A stretch of DNA of 64,000 bases from Styela clava (Eukaryota). The notes beneath the pieces are model-generated. The model saw only the letters and a list, made by a program, of their open reading frames with translations. It did not search any database and had not been told where the DNA came from. Below are positions 1 to 12,900 of the stretch, piece by piece; within the stretch, counting starts at the first letter, position 1, and each line of letters opens with the position of its first letter. The position numbers were made by a program, and so were the translations under genes. Where the stretch lies: contig NC_135255.1 in the NCBI RefSeq assembly GCF_964204865.1, forward strand, positions 11,532,001 through 11,596,000, given 5' to 3'.

Positions 1-3000
1 TATAAGGAGATCAAAATCATGTGACAGCGGCTTAACGCTTTCTGTCCAGGTCGGATTCGAAACGATTATAATGAGCAATGAGTGGTAAATTAAATGGGAA
101 AATTTGGTAAATGTTAAACAGAACGAGGTTTTCGTACCATACATATCATATAGCTTGATTTCAATTCAATGACACTGGCATTTTAGTAACAAGAATCATT
201 TTTATGACAGTATAGCAACCAATCTTACTTATATGAATAGCGATGAATTTGTTTTTAATCTGCAGTGGTTGTTATTAATTATCATGTTTAATTACTTGGA
301 AGATTTATCTGGATAATGTCTAATTATAAAGACGTCATAGCCTCGACCAATATGGTCAAAAGATCAATTGATGTTTATTTGTGTGTTTGCATTGAAATAT
401 ACAATATAATCCAAAGCTTAGTAAAAAAAAGCGCTAACGCAGATTCGTCAAATCTTTACAACTTTCCCGGTGGTATGGAATCGCGTATACAGAAGGACTA
501 ATACGACGTTCGCGCTATTACCCTTTTCAATGTTTCATATCATTATCGAAAGCCGTGTTTAATGATGCAAAATTTCACCATAGTCTAAAAATTCTCAGGT
601 GGGAAGGCGCTGTCGTTCAATCTTCAAAAAGTTTGGTAATCTACTGCCACCAATACAAATAAGTGAAGTTATTTCTTACAATAATACACCTGGGATGACG
701 ATAAAAAGAACTAAAAAATACACACCATGGTTAACGTTCGGTATCATTTTTCTGATACATCACCTGAAGAATAATTGGATTTCTAAAACAGCATTCCCTC
801 AAATATCGTAGACATTGAAAACCTGTAAAAAATATTTCCCATATTCTTTCCATGAAGCGCAATTTTAAAAAAAATTACCATTTTTTCGCAGTGCAAACTT
901 CACATATCATTGCTAAATTGCCATCATGCCCATGTCTTACGTTCCATAAGATTTCTTGTCGGTATGCTACACAGACGCTACATGATGTAAACAAAATTGA
1001 AAAAAAAGTCAAAAGCTTTATTGCTTTATTGGAAAATGGCTTATAAACGGCTATTAATATATCAAAAGAAATTTTGCTTTCTATGTTAACAATATTTGTA
1101 CAGATACCAAGCAAATTCTGCGATAACTAAGGCTGTGATGAATGACTGTACATCACACTTACACAATGATTACCGTGGTTTTATAGCAATAAAATCTGTA
1201 GTCAATAGAATATACTGTAAAGTGTTCTTTTCAAGTACTTTCTCTACTTCATTTCGTATCTACAACATTGGTATACGTGCGCAAATATGGGAAGTTGATG
1301 TTTCGCCAGAATTGTACATTCAATATTGAGTAATTAAGTTTCATTGATGAATATTTTCTTGTATCAGTCAAATTTTCCCACAATCTAAAATTCATTGAAA
1401 TCGAATAGGCTAATAACAAAATTTCGATTGAATTTTTATGGCGTCATATGCAACGAAATGACGTCACAAATTCCACCAATATCTAGTTTGGTCCAATGAA
1501 ATATCGATTGTATTGTATAACACATCATTGAATCGACGGTGTATATTGACTTACAATAATTGTGTACCATTTGGGTTTAATTAGTCGCTTTGGGCGGTCG
1601 ATTTGTTCAATTTATTTTGGTACGTTCTACTAGGAGGCCTATTTATATATTCTCTCCATGAATGTCTGATATACGAGGTTTCCTGACATTGTGTTTGTTA
1701 CTTGACCAAAATTGTCGGTGGCCCAAATTAGTAACAAGCTTTAAATACGGTTCAACTAATTTCACAGTTAAAAATATTTCAAAAATCATTACAATATTTA
1801 GTACACTCAGTATACTCACTTAATAACAGTGTGTTAATCTTATATATATCATGTTTTTTTTTTTATTAGGTGAACGATATACCGGATGACCATAAAAAAC
1901 AGAACCCAGGCCATTTGGAACATATTATAAAATTTTGTGCTTAGCGTTCAAGATTACCGAATTTTTTAGGTACAATCATTCGCAAACACAAGTTCAAGTG
2001 TTAAATAAATGTTTTTCATTTTCAAGTAATCAGGCAATTTAAATTGTTTGTTTTGGCGTCACCCTGAACAATAATTAAGATCGAATTCAGAGAAAAATGA
2101 AAATTAATATTTTAACAGAAAAATTTGAACAATTTTTTGATTCTTCAACAAATCACATTATAGCAAGTAACTGTGGGTGTTGTACTAATGATAATACGAC
2201 AAAGCAAACCAAACACCTTGGACAATACCGCCAATATTATATAGATATTGCCCGTTGGGCAATTCAATCTGGCCGTCTAATGCTGCCACAACTGAACTAA
2301 AATCAATTTTTGATGTCTTAGCTATTGAATAGCACAAGAATTTCTTAAGATTGTGATTAAATTTAGTTATGGCACGAGGTCTATTGTTTTCCATTTAAGC
2401 TTTTGCAACACTGTAAAATATTGTTCATAAAATGTAACTTTTTACCTCTCACTTACATGGCCCGGCAGTCTAGGTGGGCCAAATTTTTTGGCCCCTGGTT
2501 CAAAAACCTCGACCACCCTGAGTCGAATATACACAAACTCTGTCACAATTCTTTTTTGTATTCAAAATCTTAGTACTATTCCATGCTTCAACAAAATCAA
2601 GTATTGAAATTAACAAGTTAAAAATGGCTACCGTGACTTACGTATGTATACCTTAACAGTGACTCACATTTTTTCGACAATAACCAGGAAACCATTTAAT
2701 ACAGAAAGTATAGTGAATCAAAAATACTAATTATTATTAATTTGAACTGGGTGTGAGGTCGAAATTGTTGATTTGTTTCAATTGCATCTGAATTTGCAAT
2801 TAAAAAGCTTTTATTGATTTCTTGATTCGCGAATTTTGTTGAAAAAAACTAGGAATACGGAAAAGTACAAGTTTTTTTCATAAATATTGCATCAGAAAAC
2901 TATCAAAAACCAAATTTGGGATGGGATACGTTATTTAAATGTGGTAGAGAATAATAGGAATCGGGATTTTTATCACTATATTGCATTGACGAGATTAGCG

Positions 3001-3950
3001 TCTGAATTCAATTGCATATACGAAAAACTAAATATATGAGCACGAATGTCGCGATTTATAGAGCCTCTTTAATCAAAAAAACAGAAAAAGTTTGGGTGGT
3101 ACATCGGAATCCGGGGAAAATTGAAAAGAAATAACAGTAATCGCATTTTGGTGACTTGTTTCATCTTAGATTACTGAAAAATTTAACCAATTCGTCTCTT
3201 TCCAACACCGACCCTTTGAATGTACATGTACACTGTAAGACTATAAGAGGCGTTATTAAATACAGCGGAATTTCATGACCGCATGACTAAAGTACGCCAA
3301 ACCAGTTTATTGACCTCGAGTTTGGGGTTCATTCGTGATTCTGAAATGACAGATCACTTATTGTCAGTTTCAATTTTCTGGTGATTAATAACACCAGGTT
3401 ACATGCAAAGGTGTCTTAATTCGTTACCCACGTTAACAATGAAGATCGTTTCTTTTTTTATTTATGTGTTGTTGTAAACAAATTTGCTTGAAGATTAATC
3501 GGTCAATATCGTTTTAACAATTTCGATCTCCCAAGTTGTCTAACTATAAGCAGTGTCGAGTATAATTACTAGAATTTAACTGTAATTCAACTTAGCGAAC
3601 ACGTTACGTAATCTGATAATTAGTGACGCTGTTGGGTGGTGTTGATAGGGGGCAGCTAAGGGCGAAAATGAAACTGTTATAGGTTTTATGCATAAACAAT
3701 ATAATACCGTGTAATTGAACTCAATGGAATTGTAATTCACCCATTTTCTGTTCAATATATAGCAATTCTTTGTGGGAATCATTTTGAGCAAATAACTAAC
3801 TGATACGATGATTGGTACATAGAAGTTTTAATATAAAATATTTAGGGAACAGGGTGACTAAAAAGAAGCCCAGGCCTTTTACTGAAACTTTTAGTTACAA
3901 TCATTCACAAATAAAAGTTCCAATTTTATAAATTCCCTTCATTTTTGTAG

Positions 3951-6900
3951 CTCTATGTTTTGGATTACCATGTATTATTGATAATTATGAAGAACATCTC
4001 GCGCAAACAATATTAAACTGTCCAAATCGTGTTCAGGATTTTCAATTTTTAGTCATTCCCACAATCAACCGGGCCATCATTTATATAAATTCCTATTGCA
4101 AAAGCATCGTTCCGGTTGCATTTCTAACAAAACGTAACGTTATATTTAGATACCCGGTCTTGGCAATTGACTGCAGTGTCACTGGATTACCAAAACCAAG
4201 ACTGTGGTGGAAGCGAAACGACGAACAAGTTATACCTGGAGACAGAATACAAATATACAGACCTTCACAAGGAGTACTCCGACTCAAGCTCCAAAATGTG
4301 AGTGTAAAAAAAACCTATGAAATTTTTTCTGTTATATATATCCGAACATTTCCTCACCCACAGTGTTTCCCTGTACTGTAAAATACTACTTGCTATAGAT
4401 GTAGAGCTTATTATGAATGCTTTCATACCGCTTCAGTAAGAGCGTACACAACTTAACAATTTATATACTACTGGACATGAAATGAACTTATAAATGAATT
4501 TATTTATCCATATTGTTGTTGTAAAAAATCGACATTCTTCGCAAATAATCGACGATCTCAAATATTCGGTATACCTAGAGATGGAAAGAATGTTATTGCT
4601 TTTACTTTATTTTTTCAATTTTTCCTGAGTCCTATGTGAATTGCTACGACGATGGAGCTTGATTTTCAATTTTGCTTCGAGACTTTTGAAATACCAGATA
4701 GCTGCTTTCAGTATGAGCTATTAAGGTTACCGGTACTGTCTACTGTGGTTAGTCATTGAACTTTTGCGCCCATATATTTAACCATAGGTCTTTTGTTATT
4801 TGTGATTAGTACACTATTAGCAAGTCTTACAAATTAAAACCTTTGTCAATTGCCATTAAAATAAAACATCTTAGGGCGACTGATGATTCGATTAAGGTAA
4901 ACCTTTTCTGGAGCGATAAGACAATTTGACAGTAATCACCAGATCACAGATCAACTGAATAGTTAGTCAAAATGCCAGTAATATAATTGTTTTTGACAAG
5001 CATAACGAAATAGACAAAATACATCTTAATTAGCCATTTTTCAGATGAATATAGAAGTGCATATTTGTCCGGTTTATGTGTTAAATCACGTACCCGAGTA
5101 ATTAAATTAAAACTACCGTCGACCGTAAAATTGTTTGTCAAATTTAACATACATACTGTACTAGACATATTCGGGTCGAATTCTAAACTATACCTGTTAC
5201 TCATGTTTCATGCTTGCTTTAGTGAGAATTCTTCAAAGTCAATTCTCGACATTCTTCTTGTCACAATGAGTCGAGACGTTAGTCACGATTTTATCGAAAG
5301 TTTCAAAACAGAAGCGTTAATCGCCACCACACCTCACATTCTAATGCAAATTTAGTCTCAATGATGAGTTAATATAAAAAATATATATAAAATGCTGTAC
5401 GAAAGAGTCTATAAACAGAGTAAGACAAGTCTTTTTCAAACCCCGAGATGGTGGACATGGGATTTGCACTCAAGATTTTCCCTGCGATGGCATCATAGTT
5501 AAGACTAACCATTTAAACCAGTAAGCCACGCGCCAACGAATAATACTTATAGGCTGTCATTGACATGTGATGTGTGGCAGGAAGCACAGATTATCACCAT
5601 AGATTAGTTGTTCAAACGTTTATATTGGAGACGCTATTGTCGAGCATTACTTCCGACTATAGGGATTGGATTCACATGCGGGGATTCTATTGAACGACCG
5701 AGATTCGCACATATTTAAACATATTTAATTGAAGAAATTGTTTGCCTTAAAAGATTCTCTCTTGCCTTGCCTTAAAAAATTTCTGCGCTACTAACTGCTT
5801 TGAAGCATGTTATAGGTAACTTGATTCAAAAGTTCGGGTTTAGAATTCAGATTTGATTTATTTAGCCACAGGGGTCACTGCCCGATAATCAGCTTTGGTT
5901 TCCCGCGGCTTCAATTCCTCGAGAAAACTGTATGCTTACTTTTTTTACTCGCATTTTGCATACGACTAACTTTTATTGGTTGGAAAAAATAAACTTAACT
6001 TGACTTAAAATTGTTGGTCGCAGAATAAGCACCGACACATTAAGGTGGACTTACAGTTCGAATGCACAACCGTTGATTCAGGAAAATCCCATTCTAAATA
6101 GTTGGATTTCATATAATTTGTATAATATCTTTTAATTATATTGTATCAAATTAATTTAGTTTTATTGTTTTAGCGTTTTACCCATTGTTATGATATTTCG
6201 AAATTTCAATCGAGTCAGCCCCATTTTACCAAAGTTTTAATTCTTTTTCCCGCATCACTAATTTAACGATCATCACATACGATTCATTCGAAACCGAATT
6301 GTTCTAGAAAATTTTCTCACATACAAAATAACTGAAGAGTTAACGGCTTCTTGAACTTATTTATTTTCAGGTTCAAGTCGCAGACGCAGGGGAATGGGCA
6401 TGTCATGCTCGTAACGCCGCAGGATATACGCGTCGCGCTGTAAGAATCTTAGTCCGTCTGCCGGAACCAAACAGCATGGCTTTTTACCGGAAACCAGTGG
6501 ACCAGTATGTCAAAAGAGGACATACAGCTATTTTTAACTGCGAGGTATTTTAATTTTTTATTACAATTTATTTTAAGAAGATAATATGTTATTTGTCGTG
6601 TTCTTCACACTTCTATTCAAATGGAAAATTGATTTACATGAGGTGGTATTCATGATCAAATAAACAATCGTGCTAGATTGCATTTGATAAAGCTATAATA
6701 GACGATTCTTTTGCGGTCAGTATTCATTTTAATACAACTGACAAAAATACGGCACACAATGAGAATGTATGATTTTAAAACGTACTATACCAATTCTGTG
6801 ACGTCGGATCTCGTGGCGAATAGAAAAGGAAAGTATGACGTCATAGACACTTCGATATGACGTCATAATACCATTTTCAACGGATTAACGGAGGAAAATA

Positions 6901-9900
6901 TATTTCAATCTCACTCTCCTCCATACTCTTGTGCACTAAGCTTGATTGCCAATTTTATCAAACAATCCATGTATGTAGGCATGTATAGGTAAACGGGCTA
7001 ACATAGCAGATTCTGGAAAAAAACTGTTGAACGCATGTAAAAAAATCATACCAATGAAAGATACGATTTTTCATTTACAACCGAGAGATAGAGTAAAGCT
7101 TATAAAACTTATAATAAGCTTATCAAGCAAAAGGCACGGCTTTTTCTTTAGGATTTCAATGGAATGCTGTCATGGAAATATGTGACCATTGCACTTTGCA
7201 GATTTATATATCTGTTTCGTGACGGCATCTATGGCCACCACCACGCCCACCAGCATTCAGTTACTTGACTAATGCCATTGAGTCTATTGCTGGCATACAC
7301 CGTATTTCACGGACCATAAGACGTATCCAAAAAAAATATTTTTTCAAAAGTCGATCGTGTGCCTTAAAAGTCGGTGGGTCTAAAAAGTTTGGATTAGGTA
7401 GTGCTTTGTGTTTTATTGGTTCTCCCTTAGTATGTGTACCAGGTTAGGGTTAGACCATAATTTTATTCCAATTTTCCCTATTTAAGTGCTATTACGAGTC
7501 GGGGAATGTTTATGTTAGCCAAGTGAATATATATACCTCCTGACGATCGGCTTGCCTCCCTTTACACAACAAATTCGTATCTTCAATTTGGTACACATAC
7601 TTCTGGATCGCCTTTCATTTGCTACTCTGAAAACCAGTAATTGTACCAGTTGCGTCTTATTGGCCACTGGAGCAATTCATTGGACAAAACAACAATCTTA
7701 GTAATTTGTTGACTGTGCGCCCTATATGCGCCTTACGGTCTGTAATATACTGTAGTGTAGACAATAGACATCATCTCAAGATCGAACAAACACAAAAATA
7801 CTTTCATTTTGTACAAGATGATATTTATTTTCAAGTAATTACAAACCACATGTATAAATATATGATCCATTTGTAAGGCTTCTAAGTTTTATGCCTGGTT
7901 CATCTTGTTCATAGATAGCACCTTAAAGAGACAATCGACAATCTATTACATCTTTTCAGCAAAGATAGTTTATTTTGATACTATTTCGCACGCGAATACA
8001 AGGTTTTTCATGTTTTGTATGAAGTTTCTGAAAGACTATAATAACATAATTTGACAAGAGTGGACACGCTGACTTTGCTTGATTGAATTTTGCTCAAAAT
8101 GAAAGAGACGTATTCCAAGCTATCTCACGGTGTGGTAAATTAATCTCCTTCAAAATTGTGGAAATTTACCCCCTAACAATTACCGTAAAGTTTATTCCGT
8201 TATAAAAGAAGTAATCAAAACATTCACTATATCCCTATAAAAATTCTGATTGTTCACTAATATTTTTTGTATTACTTTATAAGTAGTAATGTCCCAGCTG
8301 TTGTTGCTTTGTGGAAAAAAATATCGGAAAATATTTGCATTATTCAAACTCTTGTGGATTCTGTAACTTGCTATATTGAGACTTACACTAATGCTACGTT
8401 TCCCAACTGGGAATAGACTCTTTCCAGGGGCGAATTTTGTTTTAAATTTGCTGTAGTGTTAGTAATATTCTTTAGTTGTTTATTATTACCATAATACTTA
8501 TTTGTGCTATCGATTGGGTTTCTACAAGACCAACTACTTTTCCGTTTTCTATGCTTTTGCGTCGGTGGATCCGTATGCATATAATGCAAGGATGCTGTAG
8601 CAAGAGTGAAGATAACTATCCTGAGTAATTCAATAAATAGATAGGCTAGTCAGAGCCAAATTAAAGCCAAAATCACCTGTCAGCAACAATCCAGGTTTTT
8701 TTAAATGTGGAAGACAGTCATGCAGTACCTGCGAACATTCTGATGAAACGAAAGTAGCGACAAACAAACAAAAAACTATTCAACTAAAAATTACTCAAAA
8801 AATAACGTGCAATACGGAAAACGTCGTCTACTTGATAAGCTGTAAAAAATGTGGCATGCAGTACATTGGCGAAACAGGGAGGCATCTGAAATATCGTATT
8901 TCAGAACACATTAGAAGTATAAAATCAAAAAACAGAGACCTGGTCGTCGGTGCTCACTTCAACCAACCTGGACATTCACTGAAAGACTTTAATGTAATTG
9001 GAATTGAAAAACTGTTTCAAGACCATATTTACCGAAAAACTAAAGAATCATATTTCATTCACCTACTTGGAACGCATGAACCATTGGGAATGAACATTAA
9101 AGAAGTTTAGGGCATTTAGGAACATTTTATACACCGTATATTTTCGTAATTTTACCGAATTTTGTATTATTATATTTTTTTTTTATTTACTTTTTATTTT
9201 CCCCCATGTATTTTTTTAGTGCAGGTAATTAAAATACAATCACCAATTTATTTATCTTTCAAATCCCATTGTTGTGATTTGTTATGTTGCCATGACACCC
9301 ATTTTATGAATGTGCATGAAACTTTCATGTGTTTTTTAATTTTAAATATTTATACTTAGTGTTGTTAATTAAATTTTCAATCACCACCTACATGAGTTCG
9401 TTAACTCACATTGTTATGATATTGTTTTGTTGCCATGGCACCCATTGTATAAATATGCTTGCAATTGCTGTTCTTGCTTTAGTTGAAATATGTATGTCTG
9501 AGGAAGTTTGACCGTGGTCAGACGAAACGTTACAGAAATATATTTGTGTTAGTGTGCAGCAAGACTATTTATTGAAATACTTATTTGTGCACGCATTAAA
9601 AACTACTTAAACTGTATAAAAACCACAGGCCGAGTTGCGCATAACACTAGCGAAGGAGGAATAAAGGCTGCTACTGTTAAATTTAGATAGAATTTAGGAC
9701 ACGCCTTTCCAGCCCCGCCCCGTTTTGTAGTAGAAAACAATTTATTTGACAAACTAAACTTTCGTTTAGATACTGGAACATCATTCTATGAATCTTAATA
9801 TTACCTGGTTGAAGGACGGCGTTCGTGTTGATATCGGTGAAAAACGAAAAGTTGTAAAACGTTATCGTCTTGTTATTCGTCAAGTTCGAGATGAAGATGC

Positions 9901-12900
9901 AGGAGTGTATATGTGTATTGTAACAGTGCGAAGAGGTGGAAGAGAACTCAAAGCAAAAGCTGAACTAATGATAAAAGGTATGTACACGTTTTTCGTAGAA
10001 CTACATCAATATACCGGAATAAGATTCTGAACTTACAGTCAGTCTTTGTTGGAAGCTTCGCTACAATGCTCAAAATCGTTCCTACTATGCTACCCCCTGA
10101 ATGTAGGGCTGGGCATTTCGAATCAAATTTTTGAGTCGAATAGTGAGTTATTCGAATCGGTTCGGACGGGAATTTAAGTCGCCGCCATCTTGTTTTTTTT
10201 TTGTCCGCCCGCAGGTCGAGATGAATCTCTCATTTTTTTATTTATTTATGTCGAATTTTTAAAATTAAATTCCAACTTTACCTTTTTTCTTCCGAGTGAG
10301 TTATTGTTGAAATTAAGTTCCTTATTGTTTGTGAACACTCAGCGAACTGCCTGAATGATAGATTACGTGTTTTGACTTATTTTTGTGTCTGAAAACCCCA
10401 ATAAAACAGTCAATACAACTACATATCGTCGAGGTATTCGAGATTCGATTCGAAAATAATATTCAGTTTGATTCTGAAATCATCTGATATTCGAAAATGT
10501 CGATCCTGATGGCTAAATGAGATGATTCGTGAGTTTGGCTCGACCTTGAGATTCGTCGGAATATAAATACTACGTCCATACTATATGGTGTTATGGTTAT
10601 AGCTATACAGAACACAAAAGAAAAAATATTTTAGTACGAGTTTACCTTACCCTAAACTGTTCATTTAATGAAGCGTTCTCAGGAATTGACAGGAATTACC
10701 GTAACGTCTTCTGTTGAAATTTGAAAAAAAACGAACCCCCATATTACTAGAAAAATAGTTAGATAGTCAATCCCCATCATCATGTACTGGACATTTGAAA
10801 ACGATGTAGTAGTTGACGGGAAATGTAGTTGTTGTTGTCTCAACTACATCAGAACTAATAATGCAGATAGAACTAATAAACAATGCTAACGACAACAACA
10901 AGCTTTAAGCACTGAAAATTTCCAAGCGATTGATCCAGTAGTTCAAGAGAAAAGCGAATTTTTTCACGGCAACAACATAATAACAAAACTGTCCATAGAT
11001 CCACTTCGTGACCATTGATGTAAATGGAACGGAATGAGAATACATTGGAGGATGGACTTTTGTCATCAGTCGTGGTTAAATGTTAATAAAAACAGTTTTA
11101 TTATAAAACATTTGGAAATTTGTTGCCAATGATTGTAAAAATTGGGTTAGACATGTCGAATGCATTACGAAAAGAGATTGATGGTAACGTTAGAATACAT
11201 GTAAATATACTACTTCTTCATCTGGGCATAAGCTATTGAATTAAATTTTTGGAAAGTATCAAACTGTATTTAAGTATCAAAATATTATATAGTTTCTATT
11301 TACATCAGGCAATTTTTGGTCGTAGATTACAGAAATTGGTCGTTTGACTAGACTGTTTACTATTTCTGAACTTGGGTAAAAAGTAAATAAAAACTTACAG
11401 TAATTTTTTTAATAATTTTTTGCGCGTGTGTGCCTTGCTTTTTAAAAAGCGTCGTTAGTTACCTCAAACAACAATGAAAAACAAATATTCTGTCTGGCTG
11501 TCAGACAAACACATTAAACAATGAATGTTATCTTTATACCACAATAGATTAAGATTATCGCAAATTTTTTCCACAACAATAAAGCCATCGTCTTATGATG
11601 CGTAATTGCTATTTATAATACAGAATGTCATGCATATGCGGCAAGAATGATAATCTGGCGTAAAGAAATGCCTAGAAAAGAAAGTTACGATTTTTGGCGT
11701 ACAATATATTTCTTGTTTTCTATTATCCAATTAACTATGGTTGTAGCGTGGTTTTATGTGAACATGCATAAGCCATTAAAGACGACATGTGGTTCAAAAA
11801 TTTTTAATCATGGCTTAATAATTAAAATATCTTCAAAAAACAATGAATTTTTTTGTCTTTTTTCACAATAATGTATTCAAATCTTCTTCGGAACAGGACA
11901 AACTAGTATAACCACAATCTGATTTGACTACAAGGATTGGAATATTAAAAAAATAGACAAGGATGATATACAAGAATAAGTTCAGATTAACAGGTTTTAC
12001 AGTGATCCTACCAATACCACAACACTTCCAAAACACAAGTCTTTTTGTTTCCATACATACAGGAATAGTTGTGCTAAGGTTATTTTTGAGATATAAAAAG
12101 GTGTTTGTTTAAAATGTTGATTGACGTTAAAATGTTGTTGGTGTTCCTATGGTGAGCGTAATGTACTTTGAAATGGTTGTGAAAGTTTCTTGAATGAAAC
12201 TAGAATATTGTCATGGTTTTATTATTAATATTATTAAGTGTTATTTATTATTGTGAGCGACAAAAAACAGTATAGTTCGATTATTTTAGGATTATTAGCT
12301 TTGTTGGATTAACTTTTTTAAAAAATATTTTATGAGCAAAAAATAAATCAAATATACAAAGCGCAACAAAAAATAGAGAAAAAGAATCCCCGTACGTCAG
12401 AACATAACAATTTTCTTTTATTATTCTAATTTATTATGGCATTACGGAATATTACAAAATAATAAATTTGTTTAAAAATAATTTTTGAAGAAAAGAATTA
12501 TTTTCCCTAGAAAGACATGACTAAATAGTTATCAAGTTGTATATTTTCTTAGAAAAGACAAGATATTAAATTGAATACACAGGTATATAAAATCTTAAGT
12601 TTCTCTTAATTAGAAGTATACTTGCGATTTTATGACGCGCTGATACCTATTTATCACCCTGATACTATCTCCTTCAAATATTATTTTAACTGTTGCACGC
12701 TGATACAAAGCAATATTAAAACAAAGAAAAGTGTTTATCAGACGATGTCATAGGAATTGGTATTAAATACTGGGAACATCTTAAAATGTAAAAATATATA
12801 AAAATTCGAAAAAATCAAAGTTATCAAAAATGCATCAGACTAGAAAACTTTGTTGGAAGATCACGTGAAGAAGTATTATCTAGATTCTAGAGATTCATAT

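Larger units (their letters stand above)
8508..9575 (+). mobile_element. 5'-truncated Penelope-like retroelement (PLE) insertion with inverted tail, inside a CILP-like intron
   Basis: Flanked by the 15-bp direct repeat AATACTTATTTGTGC (8493-8507 and 9576-9590). Contains a GIY-YIG frame, 3' UTR and hammerhead motif; 8508-8640 is an inverted segment homologous to about 60915-61045. Confidence 0.85.
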
